A stretch of DNA of 64,000 nt from Octopus sinensis (taxonomy: Eukaryota), in assembly GCF_006345805.1 (NCBI RefSeq), contig NC_043000.1, positions 42,408,001 to 42,472,000 of the forward strand. The letters are read 5' to 3'. Under the pieces are notes generated by a model. The model searched no databases. It was not told the origin of the DNA and saw nothing but the letters and a program-made list of their open reading frames with translations. Numbering within the stretch: the first letter of the stretch is position 1; every line of letters starts with the position of its first letter. This document shows positions 25,081 to 38,200 of the stretch, one piece after another. The position numbers and the translations under genes are program-made.

Positions 25081-25223
25081 GCCCTCTGATGATCGCTCCT
25101 TGGTATGGTGGAGAGGGCTTGCGTGAGGCAATGGCTCTGAGATCGATACCGTCGGGAGTTGTAAACTCCTAGTAGGGCAACCCTTGGCGGCAGGTTGAAG
25201 ACGAGGATCCAAACTAAGTGCGA
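25081..25223 (+). ncRNA. RTE-type retrotransposon 5' end with HDV-like ribozyme fold (probably degenerate)
   Basis: P1 GCCCTCT 25081-87 / AGAGGGC 25112-18 (7/7). P2 TCGC 25093-96 / GCGA 25220-23. P3 CC/GG around a 7-nt loop TTGGTAT. J4/2 CTAAGT 25214-19. The motif CCTTGxxxTGGTGGAGxGGGCTTGCGTG resembles RTE 5'UTRs (from memory). Confidence 0.55.
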
Positions 25224-25639
25224 CAAACAGAAGATGATAACAACTTATTTCAATGCTTGAACCAGTTTATGCATGACGGACATGCCATAGAAGGCGCTGC
25301 CCAAAGTTATAACAGGGTGAGCAGCAGTCCGTTGCACTCTCAGAACTGGATCCTGCATGTCTCGTTTTATATGTTTTATAGAGGAAGATCATGAAATCAA
25401 GTGTGGGGGTCACTTCCTGGTATGTTGAGGCCCACCTTAAAAAATACACTCCATTAGCAGTTTCTTCTACTTTGATAGTCTTTTACCACCAACCATCAAG
25501 CACACACACACACATGCATAAACGTGCGCGTAGGCACTCACTCATATAGGTATGTATAACCAGGAATCACAATTTTCACGATTTCTTTACGTCCCAATGC
25601 CTTTATTTAATACTTGGATCTCTCGAAAGTCGTGTCAAT

Positions 25640-25671
<32 letters not shown>

Positions 25672-25868
25672 GATTATACATTGAGAGTATGATCGGTTAT
25701 GTTTTCCATGCGGAAGAAACGTTTTTATCGAGAAACTCTTTCGCACGTTCCAAGTGCAAATTTAAAAAAAATCTGAGATTAATTTTTCTTTCCATATTTC
25801 GAAACTGACAAAGAATATATTAATACGCGTCAAGTACCAATGTTTTAATTGCCTCTCTTCACACTAAC

Positions 25869-25977
25869 CTAAATGTTGTATGACCTTGTGTTTCTATATC
25901 AGAAATCATTTTATGTAGTGTGGCTTCCCAGATGAACGAATGCAAACGAAATACTGGTAACGTTTTAAAGAAATTAA
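25869..25977 (-). CDS. Candidate 109-nt exon (phase 1 to 2)
   Basis: Acceptor ttcttattttctatttttctctttcttcacag, donor TAG|GTTAGT. Only one open frame: NFFKTLPVFRLHSFIWEATLHKMISDIETQGHTTF. No protein recognised. Confidence 0.3.
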
Positions 25978-27379
25978 CTGTGAAGAAAGAGAAAAATAGA
26001 AAATAAGAATTGAATGAAAAGACACAGATAGAGAAAAGCAGATTATATGAAAAAGAAAACAAAGACGTCCAATTCAGCTTCGCCTCAGCCAACGAAATAG
26101 GCATGGCCATGAATGTTGGGAAAAATGGTACTTTTTGATATGTGTGCGTGTGCGTGTGTGTGTGCGTGTATGCGTGTATGCTTGTATGTATTTGTATATT
26201 TAATTTTGTCTTAGTTTTTCTCGAAAATAAAATGAGTGCGATTAGGGTGAAGTGAAAAATCAGAAACTAAAATATTTAGCCATTAAAGAAGATAAATTGA
26301 AGTAGAAAAAGAGGAAAAGTTGGAGGTGATAGTTGTGGTGGTAGTATTAGTAGAATACAGGAATTGAAAAAAAACAAAACATTATTCTAAAGAAGACGGT
26401 AAAAGAAAAGAAAAAGAAATGTTGCACACACACCCAAACACACAAATACTCACCAACTCACACGCACAAAGACACTTATGTACTGTATGATGCAAATAAG
26501 TGCGTGAGTATGTATCTACGAATTTAAAATAACTATTTATCCATATACGAAGCCTTCTATCAGTCTGACTTTTGTCTGTGTATTATCTATTTAACTTTTT
26601 TAATGTGTAAGAGCGTATGCATGGCTGTAAAGGCTAACATATATATGTATACATACATACATACATACATACATACATACATACATACATACATACGAAC
26701 ATATGCGTGTGTGTGAGTATGTATATATGTATGTGTGTGTTTGTGAGCGTGTGGGTGTATGTATGCGCACACACACGAAACACGCAAACACATACGCACA
26801 CATATATGAGTGTGGCTTGAAATAGTTGCCGATAATTTGTCTATGGGGATGGGTGATTTCCAATATTGGCAATGAAAGTACATTAAGGAGTCACTGAAAA
26901 AGAAAAGTGAGAGAAATACGCCTATATGTATGTATGAACGTATGTATGTATGTATGTATATATGTATGTATGTATTCATGTATGTATGTATGTATGCATG
27001 TATGTATGTATGCATGTGTGTGTGTGTATAAGTTTATTTGTGTGTATGTGTTTGTGTTCGTGAAATATATGTCTGTGTGTATGTGTGTGTGGAAACGATT
27101 GTATGTAAACAATTGGATAAATGTATAAATAAAATAAAAAATAGAAAGAATAAAATAGGAAATGAAGGCAACAAGAAACGGAGAAAGAAGGAAAGAAGGG
27201 AAAAGAAATGGAAGAACAAAACGAAGGAAGGCTGTCAATATTGACGACGGTGACATTGACAGCAAAGACAAAAATAAATAAAATTCGATAGACCTTATGT
27301 ATAATGTATGAGATTGGTGAAAATTTGTCAATATGTTTGGACAGAACAAACGAACAAAAGAACAAGTATTAAGTTAATC

Positions 27380-27409
27380 CTCAAGAGAAATAGTAGAGGG
27401 AGAGTGAGA

Positions 27410-27460
<51 letters not shown>

Positions 27461-27901
27461 TGAAAGTGAAAGTGAAAGTGAATGAATGAGTGTGTGAGTG
27501 AGAGGGAGAATGAGTGAGTTAAAGAGAGAGAAAATGAATGAGAAAGAGAATGGGAGAGAGAATGGAAGAGAGAATGAAAGAGAGAGAGACAGAGACAGAG
27601 GAAGAGAGAAACATTGAAATCAATTGAGGGATAGAGATTAAGGAAAGTGAAAGTCATTGAGAATATGTACGTATATATATTATATATATGTGTGTGTGTG
27701 TGTGTGTGTATAAATATATGTATATGTCTATACATATATATGTGTGTATGTGTGTATCTAAATATATATGTGTGTGTGTATGTGTATATATATATATAGA
27801 TATATATATATATGTATATATGTATGTATATATAAATATATATATATATGTATATATGTGTATATATATATGTATATAAATATATATATATATATTCACA
27901 C

Positions 27902-27940
<39 letters not shown>

Positions 27941-27960
27941 CGCACTAGAGGAAGAAACTG
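27380..27960. repeat. GA-rich polypurine tract followed by TA/TG microsatellites
   Basis: Direct reading. Confidence 0.9.
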
Positions 27961-30480
27961 AAGAAATAGGGTAGACAGAGAGAGTGAGGAGAGTGAGAAA
28001 GAAAGACAGGAAATTAAGGGGAGAGAATGTTAGTTAAAGAGACAGGGAGAGATACTGAGAGAGTTAGCAAAAGACAGATAGATATAAAAAAGAAATGATA
28101 AACGAAAGCGATGTTCGTTTGTTTTTCTTTTTTCTGTATCTAAAACTGTAAATTTAAAATTATTCGGAAAATGTCTTTGGAATCTATAAAGTTGGATTTA
28201 CTAGAGAAACCTATTCATATATTGGTCATGTTTATATGTACTTTAATAGAATATTACAGTAATAGGCGTATGTATTAAAAAAATATTTTACTGAAGCAAT
28301 TCCTATAAAAATAACATACAAATAAACGGTGTCTTTATTAGCCATGTGATTCTTAAACGTTAAACTGCAATAATGATTTTCACATGACAAGACATAAGGC
28401 CAATTTTTGAAAGAAATTAGTGTAGTTTAGTCGCCTGTATGAGCTTAACATAATTCTACAGACGGTTAACACTGCATAGATGGAAAGACGTAAATATGAA
28501 ATTAGAAATAGACGACGTCAATTTTTGATAGGAAATAAAATAGTTTCCTCGTATGTTTGAGCTTGGTGTTTTCCTGATACGAATTAGCCTGCAGAGATTA
28601 AAGATTTTAACTTGAGTGAATTCAGATTTTAACTGAAAATTCATACGTGAAGTTAAACCTGCCATGAAAGAGAAAATAATACATTTTCATCGATTGTAGG
28701 CACTTAGTGCGATAATGGTTTCTAACATTGGTATAGAGAGAAATATTACAGGACATAATTATGCTTGTCTTGAATTTAACCTGTACTTTTACTATATTAA
28801 CCTTTGATAGACGAAAAGTAAAACTTGCCAAATTGGGATTAGAATATGCAGTGTGTAAATAAATAGAGAAAGGTATTTAATCATGAGATTTACCGAGTTT
28901 TCCGCAGTGGTATTTTAATCCAGCGTTATTCCTTTTAATGGGGTCATATTTTTAGAAAGAGCACACATGAATACATACATATATATCTATATATACACTT
29001 ATATATACATACATATATATATTTGTGCGCGCACACACACACATATGCGTGGTTAACCATTCGACAATTTAAAATTGAAGCTGAGTTTGCTTATACTTGA
29101 ATACAGGACGTCGTTAAAATTGTAATACATTTACTCAAGAACATGGCCACTTCCTATAACGCATTATTCTTCAACATTCACCGAAATAGTATTGTTTTTC
29201 AGCGAACACAAGGCCATTGATTTAGTAAATTGAATGCACGCCAGTATATAGTGATTTTTTTCTATAGGCAAAAAACCGTAATTTGATGAAAAATATTTGT
29301 CTCTGTGTATAACAGGCACTCGTACATCGTTTATCGGGCACACAGAAATAAAATGACAGAAACTCCTTCATGGGGCATAAAAATCAGAACAAGCAATTAT
29401 ATAGGTAAATACCGCAAGTCGTTTACTCTAGCAGTCCCCATGGTTTTTCCCCACTCCAACACAATTACTGGGTTGATATCATAAACGAAAATGTTTGAAA
29501 CGAGCGTTGATTTAGGTTTATGATCTTGATTATGGTAGTAAAGTCCCCCTAGTTTGGATATGGTTAACGTCACAGTGAGTCCAGTGTGACAGAACTCTAG
29601 TGACAGAAGGTCTAATGATTTAGCAAGAAAATATGAGAACACAGTTTTCGAAAGTTTCGGACTCAATAATCCATGAAAAATCATTCATAATATATAAGTA
29701 CCATGAAATTCGATATGAGTGCAAAAGATTCACTGGAGGCTTTCATGAGCACGATGACTTTACACAAAAAGAACTTACTTTTCATATATATATATATATA
29801 GTGTATATTTAAATACATAAGAGATGGCCATAATCGGACATCTAAACCGCTAGAAGCAGTAGTTAAAATCCAAAGCACAACAAAAGAAAATCGGAATTAT
29901 TTCTCTCTTCTACCGATAAAGAACTGCGCTTGCGCTGTAGATTTGAAAAATTATAACAGGAAAGCACATGACATGTTCTGTATTGCCTCGGAATTATATG
30001 TTAATCTTTGGCTTTCCTGCTGATGAGAGCTTCGCCTAGCAAATTACTTTATTTGCTGAAGATAGCTTGAAACCATGGTCCAAGAAATAGATGGTAAATG
30101 TTTTTATTTTTCATTCCCTTTCGAAATTATCCCTAATTGTGATTTGGATTTTAACTACTCCTTCTAGCAGTTTTCTTGTCCGATTATAGCCATCTCTAAT
30201 GTGTTTAAATGTACACTGTATATATAATGAGTAATATATATTCTATTGACTACCTTTTCTACACGCTAGGCCACGATGGTAAAACATTTCTAAAAATATT
30301 TTACTACCTTGAAATTTGTTAATAATAATTCTTTTGGTTAATTTTGAAAGAAAATCGGCATTATTTTTATTTGCTTCCGATAAAAAAACTGCGCTTGCGC
30401 GGTGGATTTGAAAAATTATAACGATGGTAAAAAAAATTCTAAATAATATTTTACTACCCTGAAATTTATTAAGATATATA

Positions 30481-30534
<54 letters not shown>

Positions 30535-30717
30535 GTATGTATGTGTGTATGTTTGTATGTATGTATGTATGTATATATTTATGTATGTGTGTGTGCGTGT
30601 GTATGTGAGTATGGATGTTGATGTATATGTTTGCTTCTGTGTGCCGTCCCTACCACTTGACAACCTGTGTTTGTTTTTTTACGGCCAGTATCCTAGTTCA
30701 ATGACTGAAACAATAAC

Positions 30718-30788
<71 letters not shown>

Positions 30789-30891
30789 GCATATACATAC
30801 ACACACACACATATATATATATGTATACATACATAGATAGATGCATATATATGTATATATATATATACATATATATATATTATATATATAT

Positions 30892-31904
30892 ACTAGCATT
30901 AAAGACCCGTCGTTGCCGGGTCAAAGTGCTAGTGCATGTATATATGTGTATATATATGTGTACATATTACATGTACATCGATATATATATATACATCTAC
31001 ACATAAAATACAAAATACAAAGTTATATCTTGATATCGCTAGTGATAACAATACTCAAAATATATAACAGACTGGAATTGTTAGCCTGTCTCTTGTAATT
31101 TCGATCAATTGTATCTTGTCCTCCCTCTTGTATAGAAGTGTGGCTACAATCCAGCCTACCTCTACTTCTGGGGTGGGGGAGCATTTAAAATGTTTTTCCG
31201 GGACGTCCTACGTCCCAGATATAAAGGTAGGAATAAAATATTTCCACTTTGCAAGTTCGAGTCGAGTACTCCCTTGTACGCTCCGTTGACTTGAACCTTG
31301 CTTCTATTGTGGCGAATTTACCGCCTCTGATTAGATACCTTTCATAGTCGCACCAAGACACTTTTCGAAGGTGCTTTCCTCCATGTGTTCAAATCTTTTT
31401 TTTACTCTACATTGTATACTTTATAGACAATAGACTTTTCTTTAATTTAATTTTTTATTATTCATCTGGACTATTCCATTTCTGCACGCTAATTTTATTT
31501 TTAATGTATTCCCATTCATGTGAAACCACTTATTCAAGTTCAAGTCATTAATGCAATTTTATACCAATTGCTATTTTTACTTTTGTATTATACTTTAGTT
31601 TGATTTTAATTATTACTTACTACATATAATTCAATTGTTATTATTATTTTTATTGTTAAAGTGAAAGTATCTGACATAAAATAGAGAAATGTTTTTGTTT
31701 AACACGTAATACTGAAATAGTAGAGAATATATGATATTACTATGGGTTCGCTCTAGGCAAGAAGTTGAACATTTTTTTGCCCATGAAACTACATGGACTC
31801 TAAGTAAGGCATGTGTAAAATTTGAATGAAATTGGTTGTGTAGTTCTCAAGTTTTAGGGAAACACACAGACAGACACACAGTCTCAGTTTTATATATATA
31901 AAGA
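30892..31904 (-). mobile_element. Non-autonomous Helitron-like element (ends recognisable, interior heterogeneous)
   Basis: Minus-strand 5' A|TCTTTATATATATAAAACTGAGACTGTGTGTCTGTCTG at 31904; 3' hairpin GACCCG...CGGGTC then TGCTAG|T at 30892. That both ends belong to one element is inferred. Confidence 0.55.
31060..31380 (-). mobile_element. L1/Tx1-like ORF1 relic
   Basis: LFLPLYLGRRTSR...PEVEVGWIVATLLYKREDKIQLIE resembles the ORF1 at 6925-7209. Confidence 0.6.
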
Positions 31905-32123
31905 TATATAATGTGTGGGCATGCGGCGATTCCTGTTAGGGGTCCAACACTGCGCCACACCAATTATAGCCGCACCCGGTGATGGTTAGATGGTTGAAGT
32001 TTTTAGAGTCTGGCCCCGTCCCCCCAAATTTCCGGCCTTGTGCCTAGAGTAGAAAAAGATAATTTACTGTTTCTTCTTCTACAACCAAGAAAATTCAAAT
32101 AAAAACTGCGTTGAAACAAAGTA

Positions 32124-32686
32124 TTGAGTTGTCCGAAAGTTCGTGCCGATTTATGGTAGCTTACCTTTCGACTTATTTTAGAACATGGTTGAGTCCATAA
32201 GATAAAATTTGACTACACCTCCATTTAGAGCACAGTTTAAGCTATATTTTCGTGGAAGAAGGTTTATGTTCGTATAACCTGTGTTAATTCTGTAACCCTT
32301 TAAAATGGAAGATAAGGAAGTTCATTTTTGGCACTTGATGCTTTGGGAACAAGACAAAAATTGCTGCAGCTCGGCTGGGATATGTTACCCCACCCTCCAT
32401 ATTCACCAGATATTGCTCCTTCGGATTTCCACTTATTCAGGTTTCTGCAGGATAGTCTTAATGATAAAAATTTCAGTTCCTTGGATGACGTAAAAAGATC
32501 CTTGATGAATTCTATGCCATGAAACCACCTCATTTCGGGGAAGAGGGTATTTTCAAGTTAAAGGAAAGATGGAGACGCATTATGCAACAGAGTGTTTCAT
32601 ATTTGGTTGATTAAAAATGTAATGGCAAGTATTTATTGACCTTTTCTTTCCTTTAAAAGTCGGCACGAACTTTCCGGATACCCCAT
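32124..32686 (+). mobile_element. Internally deleted mariner transposon
   Basis: TIRs TTGAGTTGTCCGAAAGTTCGTGCCGA / TCGGCACGAACTTTCCGGATACCCCA with TA flanks. MEDKEVHFWHLML is joined to TRQKLLQLGWDMLPHPPYSPDIAPSDFHLF (mariner YSPDLAPxD motif). Confidence 0.93.
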
Positions 32687-33716
32687 ATTTTTAAAGTTAC
32701 ACAACGCTGCCGATTCGAACTGCGCCACAAGGCACTTTGTCATTGTATTTATTTACATAGCTGGTCGATCTGCTAAATGGTTTCCTTATGTCTCCTTAAA
32801 TAATATTCTAGTGCGTTTTTTAAAAACAGAATAATTTGTTATAGATAGTGCCTTATGATTTACTTATGTCTGTTTGGTAAAGGAAAATATAGACACAAAT
32901 GGAAAGAGTTTCATAATAAAACTGCTCAGATGTGAGCCTAAATGACAACAGCATATTAACAAGGGCAACGGCAACGCCAATTTATTTATAGGAAGTAAAT
33001 TTGTAGTGAGTTAAGTATTTTGGCTGTGCAAATATATTAGTTACGTTGTCCATTTATAAAGCGTTTGCCTCTTTGGCTGAGTTCAAATGCGACATATTTT
33101 TTAATGTATTCCCATTCATGTGAAACCACTTATTCAAGTTCAAGTCATTAATGCAATTTTATACCAATTGCTATTTTTACTTTTGTATTATACTTTAGTT
33201 TGATTTTAATTATTACTTACTACATATAATTCAATTGTTATTATTTTTATTGTTAAAGTGAAAGTATCTGACATAAAATAGAGAAATGTTTTTGTTTAAC
33301 ACGTAATACTGAAATAGTAGAGAATATATGATATTACTATGGGTTCGCTCTAGGCAAGAAGTTGAACATTTTTTGCCCATGAAACTACATGGACTCTAAG
33401 TAAGCATGTGTAAAATTTGAATGAAATTGGTTGTGTAGTTCTCAAGTTTTAGGGAAACACACAGACAGACACACAGTCTCAGTTTTATATATATAAAGAT
33501 ATATAATTGTGGGCATGCGGCGATTCCTGTTAGGGGTCCAACACACTGCGCACACCATTATAGCCGCACCCGGTGATGGTTAGATGGTTGAAGTTTTTAG
33601 AGTCGGCCCCGTCCCCCCAAATTTCCCGGCTTGTGCCTAGAGTAGAAAAAGATAATTTACTGTTTCTTCTTCTACAACCAAGAAAATTCAAATAAAAACT
33701 GCGTTGAAACAAAGTA

Positions 33717-34285
33717 TTGAGTTGTCCGGAAAGTTCGTGCCGATTTATGGTAGCTTACCTTTCGACTTATTTTAGAACATGGTTGAGTCCATAAGATAAA
33801 ATTTGACTACACCTCCATTTAGAGCACAGTTTAAGCTATATTTTCGTGGAAGAAGGTTTATGTTCGTATAACCTGTGTTAATTCTGTAACCCTTTAAAAT
33901 GGAAGATAAGGAAGTTCATTTTTGGCACTTGATGCTTTGGAACAAGACAAAAATTGCTGCAGCTCGGCTGGGATATGTTACCCCACCCTCCATATTCACC
34001 AGATATTGCTCCTTCGGATTTCCACTTATTCAGGTTTCTGCAGGATAGTCTTAATGATAAAAATTTCAGTTCCTTGGATGACGTAAAAAGATCCTTGATG
34101 AATTCTATGCCATGAAACCACCTCATTTCGGGGAAGAGGTATTTTCAAGTTAAAGGAAAGATGGAGACGCATTATGCAACAGAGTGTTTCATATTTGGTT
34201 GATTAAAAATGTAATGGCAAGTATTTATATTACCTTTTTCTTTCTTTCCTTTAAAAGTCGGCACGAACTTTCCGGATAACCCCAT
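33717..34285 (+). mobile_element. Second copy of the deleted mariner (within the duplication)
   Basis: Same TIRs and coding remnant. Confidence 0.9.
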
Positions 34286-34903
34286 ATTTTTAAAGTTACA
34301 CAACGCTGCCGATTTCGAACTGCGCCACAAGGCACTTTGTCATTGTATTTATTTACATAGCTGGTCGATCTGCTAAAATGGTTTCCTTATGTCTCCTTAA
34401 ATAATATTCTAGTGCGTTTTTTAAAAACATGAATAATTTGTTATAGATAGTGCCTTATGATTTACTTATGTCTGTTTGGTAAAGGAAAATATAGACACAA
34501 ATGGAAAGAGTTTCATAATAAAACTGCTCAGATGTGAGCCTAAATGACAACAGCATATTAACAAGGGCAACGGCAACGCCAATTTATTTATAGGAAGTAA
34601 ATTTGTAGTGAGTTAAGTATTTTGGCTGTGCAAATATATTAGTTACGTTGTCCATTTATAAAGCGTTTGCCTCTTTGGCTGAGTTCAAATGCGACATATT
34701 TTTTAAATGTATAACCTGACAGCCTAAACCATCATATGTGTTCCTTCTTATCATGGAACCTTGTTTTCACAATTTAATATTTAACACACCTAAATAGAAA
34801 GATTTATATATATACATATATATATAATAATTATTTGAGGGAATATTATTTCTAACTTACGGGGAAAAATTCATTTTAGAAGTACTAAATCAGATTTCAC
34901 AAA

Positions 34904-34939
<36 letters not shown>

Positions 34940-35185
34940 AATTAGAAAAAAACACCTTTTATCAATTCAAAATGAACAATTAACTAACACCATCTAGAAA
35001 ATTACATATAATAGAAATATTAAATATAAAATAACAATAATATACCGATGATTAAGTAATGTGCAAAATAATAAATAAAACGTATATATTGGGTAGAATA
35101 ACGACACGTGTTTCGTGGCTATATTTAAGAAATGATTATAGTAAAAAAATTAATAGTAGTATTATATACTACACACACACACACA

Positions 35186-35238
<53 letters not shown>

Positions 35239-38200
35239 TGTATATATATATAAACATACGGATGTTTATATATACGGATTAATGAGTTTTCTTTTTTGAT
35301 GAGTATAACTGAATGGTTTCTTGTAGCACATCACTCCAAAAGAAATTGTTGACTAAATCGAATGCAGAAATTCTGCTTCGAAAATTGGTTTACGAGCCTC
35401 CTTTACTAGAAAAATACCCAGTATGATTTCAAATACACTTATCCAGTAAATGAATATCTGTTACTTGCAGCCTCCTCGTTGTCGTGGATGTTTTTAATAT
35501 TCTTTCATCGATGTTACTGAAGCTCCTAATATGCATGATTGTCTCTTCTATGCCCTCGTATGAATTGTTAGTTGAAAAATCAATATTGAAACCGCGGAGG
35601 TCGAGCTAGCTCCAGAGTCACCATCACTTTTTTTTTTCAGCTTGTTAATCTTGAATATGATACTAGCAAAAACATTTGCATGCTTCCTTCAGTATCAACG
35701 GCTCTTGACCTTCCCACTAGCTATCAGGCTGGATGCTGCACAAAGAAAAAAAAAACCCTCTTTGATGAAGTCACGAAAATATCTCCGTCCTAGTTTCATC
35801 GCTTGAGCAGTGACCTTCTATAAATCTGGTCCAGTATTCCCTCTACATGACCCTGTTATTTAATACTTAGTATGGATCTATCAAATTTTCACACGGTAAA
35901 TAAATACTTTGGATATAAGCTATAGTCAATTGAATTGACACCAGGACATGTCTAGTATTCATTTTAATGAATACTAAGAGAAAACAGGTAAAAATCACAC
36001 TTTGTCACATTCGAACGCTGAAACTAAAGGGACGCAGTTAAATGTTGCTACTGTAAGGTGCTGTTCACTTCTATCTCTTATGAAAAGGAATAAAAATTAA
36101 TGTAGTCAAGTAATTCTAATGACAACACGTCTCACACTTTTCTCTGTGTTGAGTTATTCATTCAGCGATAGTCTACTGGACTGCATCTTCAGTTTAAAGA
36201 CTTAATTTTAATTGAAGCGTAATAGCAAAATAAATAAATAACTAAAATAAATAAAAAAAATTACCCCAAACAACAAAACAAACAAAACGAAAAAAAAGAT
36301 AAAGTATCAAAATATATCGAAAGAAATAAGGTAAAACAAAGCAAGAAGGAGAAAGAAAAGAAGAAAAAAAAAGAAATGAAAATAGTAGAGGCTGATTATC
36401 TTTGAAAGCTTATGTAAATCTATTTTATTGAGACGTATATTTGATGGTAGTCACTGATTAGGAAAACTCTAATAATCCCAGACCTTGCAATAAAAGTAAT
36501 ATTCGTGGCTAATTATATACACTGTGCGTCGTGACAACTCTTTCAATGGAAACCTTGATATAATTTGATCAAAGCCAATACCAACAGACCGTGAATAAAG
36601 GTCTAAAGAAAGCGTGAAACATATCTCTGATCAGTACTGTTTTTATCAGAGTTATACATTTTCAGAAAAGAAATACTTCCACTTAGCGTTTTCCGGTTAC
36701 ATTAAAAGCTTTCACTTTCGCAGAACGTAAATATTGAATAGTTCGGATTTTATAAGGCTCAATACATCCATTTGAAGACAATGCATCCGGGACTTAATGT
36801 TTCATTAGCATTCCTATACATATAAACTTTTAACACCTTAGCAGAGTTGCATTCCACCCAGTTAATAAATGCTGTATAGCTTCTGTTGGGTGTTACACTG
36901 AACGGCATAAAGCTGTCTATTCATTGGAGAATGTGATCAATTGTACTAAAACGGCAGAGGAGAAACATCAAATAATCTTTTCTTTTATAATCTTTTCAAA
37001 TAATGACAACGCTTATGTATTACCGGCCATTTTTTTTCACTTACATTTTCAGCTTGTTGCAAATGTTAATGCCTCAACGTTGCTTCAAAGAACAATAGAA
37101 TCGTCTAACGTTACATTGAGGTATTAAATAAGCATGTAGCAGAAACAAAATGGACAGACAGATCTGGTTTCTATAGTGATAAAAACGAAAATAACTGATG
37201 ATTGAAAAGAAATATGAATGATTTTTCCCCACCGCTCCTCACAAAAACTTATCAATAAAAATCGCAAACGAAAATTCATATTAGTGCACAGTCATAGTTT
37301 GTAGACGTCAAAGTAATTTTATCAGTGAAGCGTTGGATTCTAGAATAGAAGAATAAAAGAAAAAAATATGATAAAACTAACATTTAGTCAGAGTTCCTTC
37401 CCTGTTGAGATATTACTTTGATGTTAATTAATGAAGGTGAATGAAACTTGTTTATAGAAAAATATCCTGTCGAGTCGACCGCTTGTTACTTTGGTCACTA
37501 ATACGCGGTTGGTTAACTACATAGCTATAGCCAACACATCTTATGGGTAAATTTTCACTCGTTTATAATATGTCAGAGCACAGTGAGGGAAAAAGTTTTA
37601 AATATTTGAAATAATAAAATATTCTACGCATTTGTTCGGTCTCCTACAAATAGAAACCGAATATCTTTCGTTTCTCACACTCACATCTTGAACAACGAAA
37701 CGTATAATGGATAATATAGGTGGGCCTATTGTGATATGCCTAAACAGAATATAGGATAAATATGGTTCGAATCACATCAATCATAGACCAACTTGACTAG
37801 GGCTGACATTGGACTAAACACGAGACACACTTGAACAACAATTAAAAAATACATTTAGTTTATATTCCAAGAGGTCAGTGATTTTAGATTAGAGAGAAAT
37901 GAAGGAATATAAAATAAGAGAAATGAAAGTAACCGGTATAAATTCCATACGTTCTGTAAGTATTTGAACTGTTTTAGTATGTGTAAACAAATTAATGCAA
38001 TTCATTTTACGCCGAGCCAAAAGAGTGAATGACATTCGAAGTTCGTGTTATATGATTAATATTGTTCAGTGTCGCAAGCCAGAGCATGCAACAATTACTT
38101 AAATACCTCTGTTTGTCTGCCCGTATCTCTCTATCTGTACATATGTATACATACACTCACACACACGCACACACTCACATATATATACAAACACACATGC

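Larger units (their letters stand above)
31497..34710. repeat. Near-identical 1.6-kb tandem duplication (two copies)
   Basis: Unit starts TTAATGTATTCCCATTCATG at 31501 and 33101. Differences are almost all 1-4 nt indels. Confidence 0.95.

Noticed and set aside
25637-25666. AATA plus 27-nt poly(A) as a retrocopy tail
   Set aside because: No TSD or recognisable upstream mRNA or retroelement body.
34840-35150. Possible Penelope pLTR hammerhead (CACGAAAC on the minus strand)
   Set aside because: The CUGANGA half is absent.
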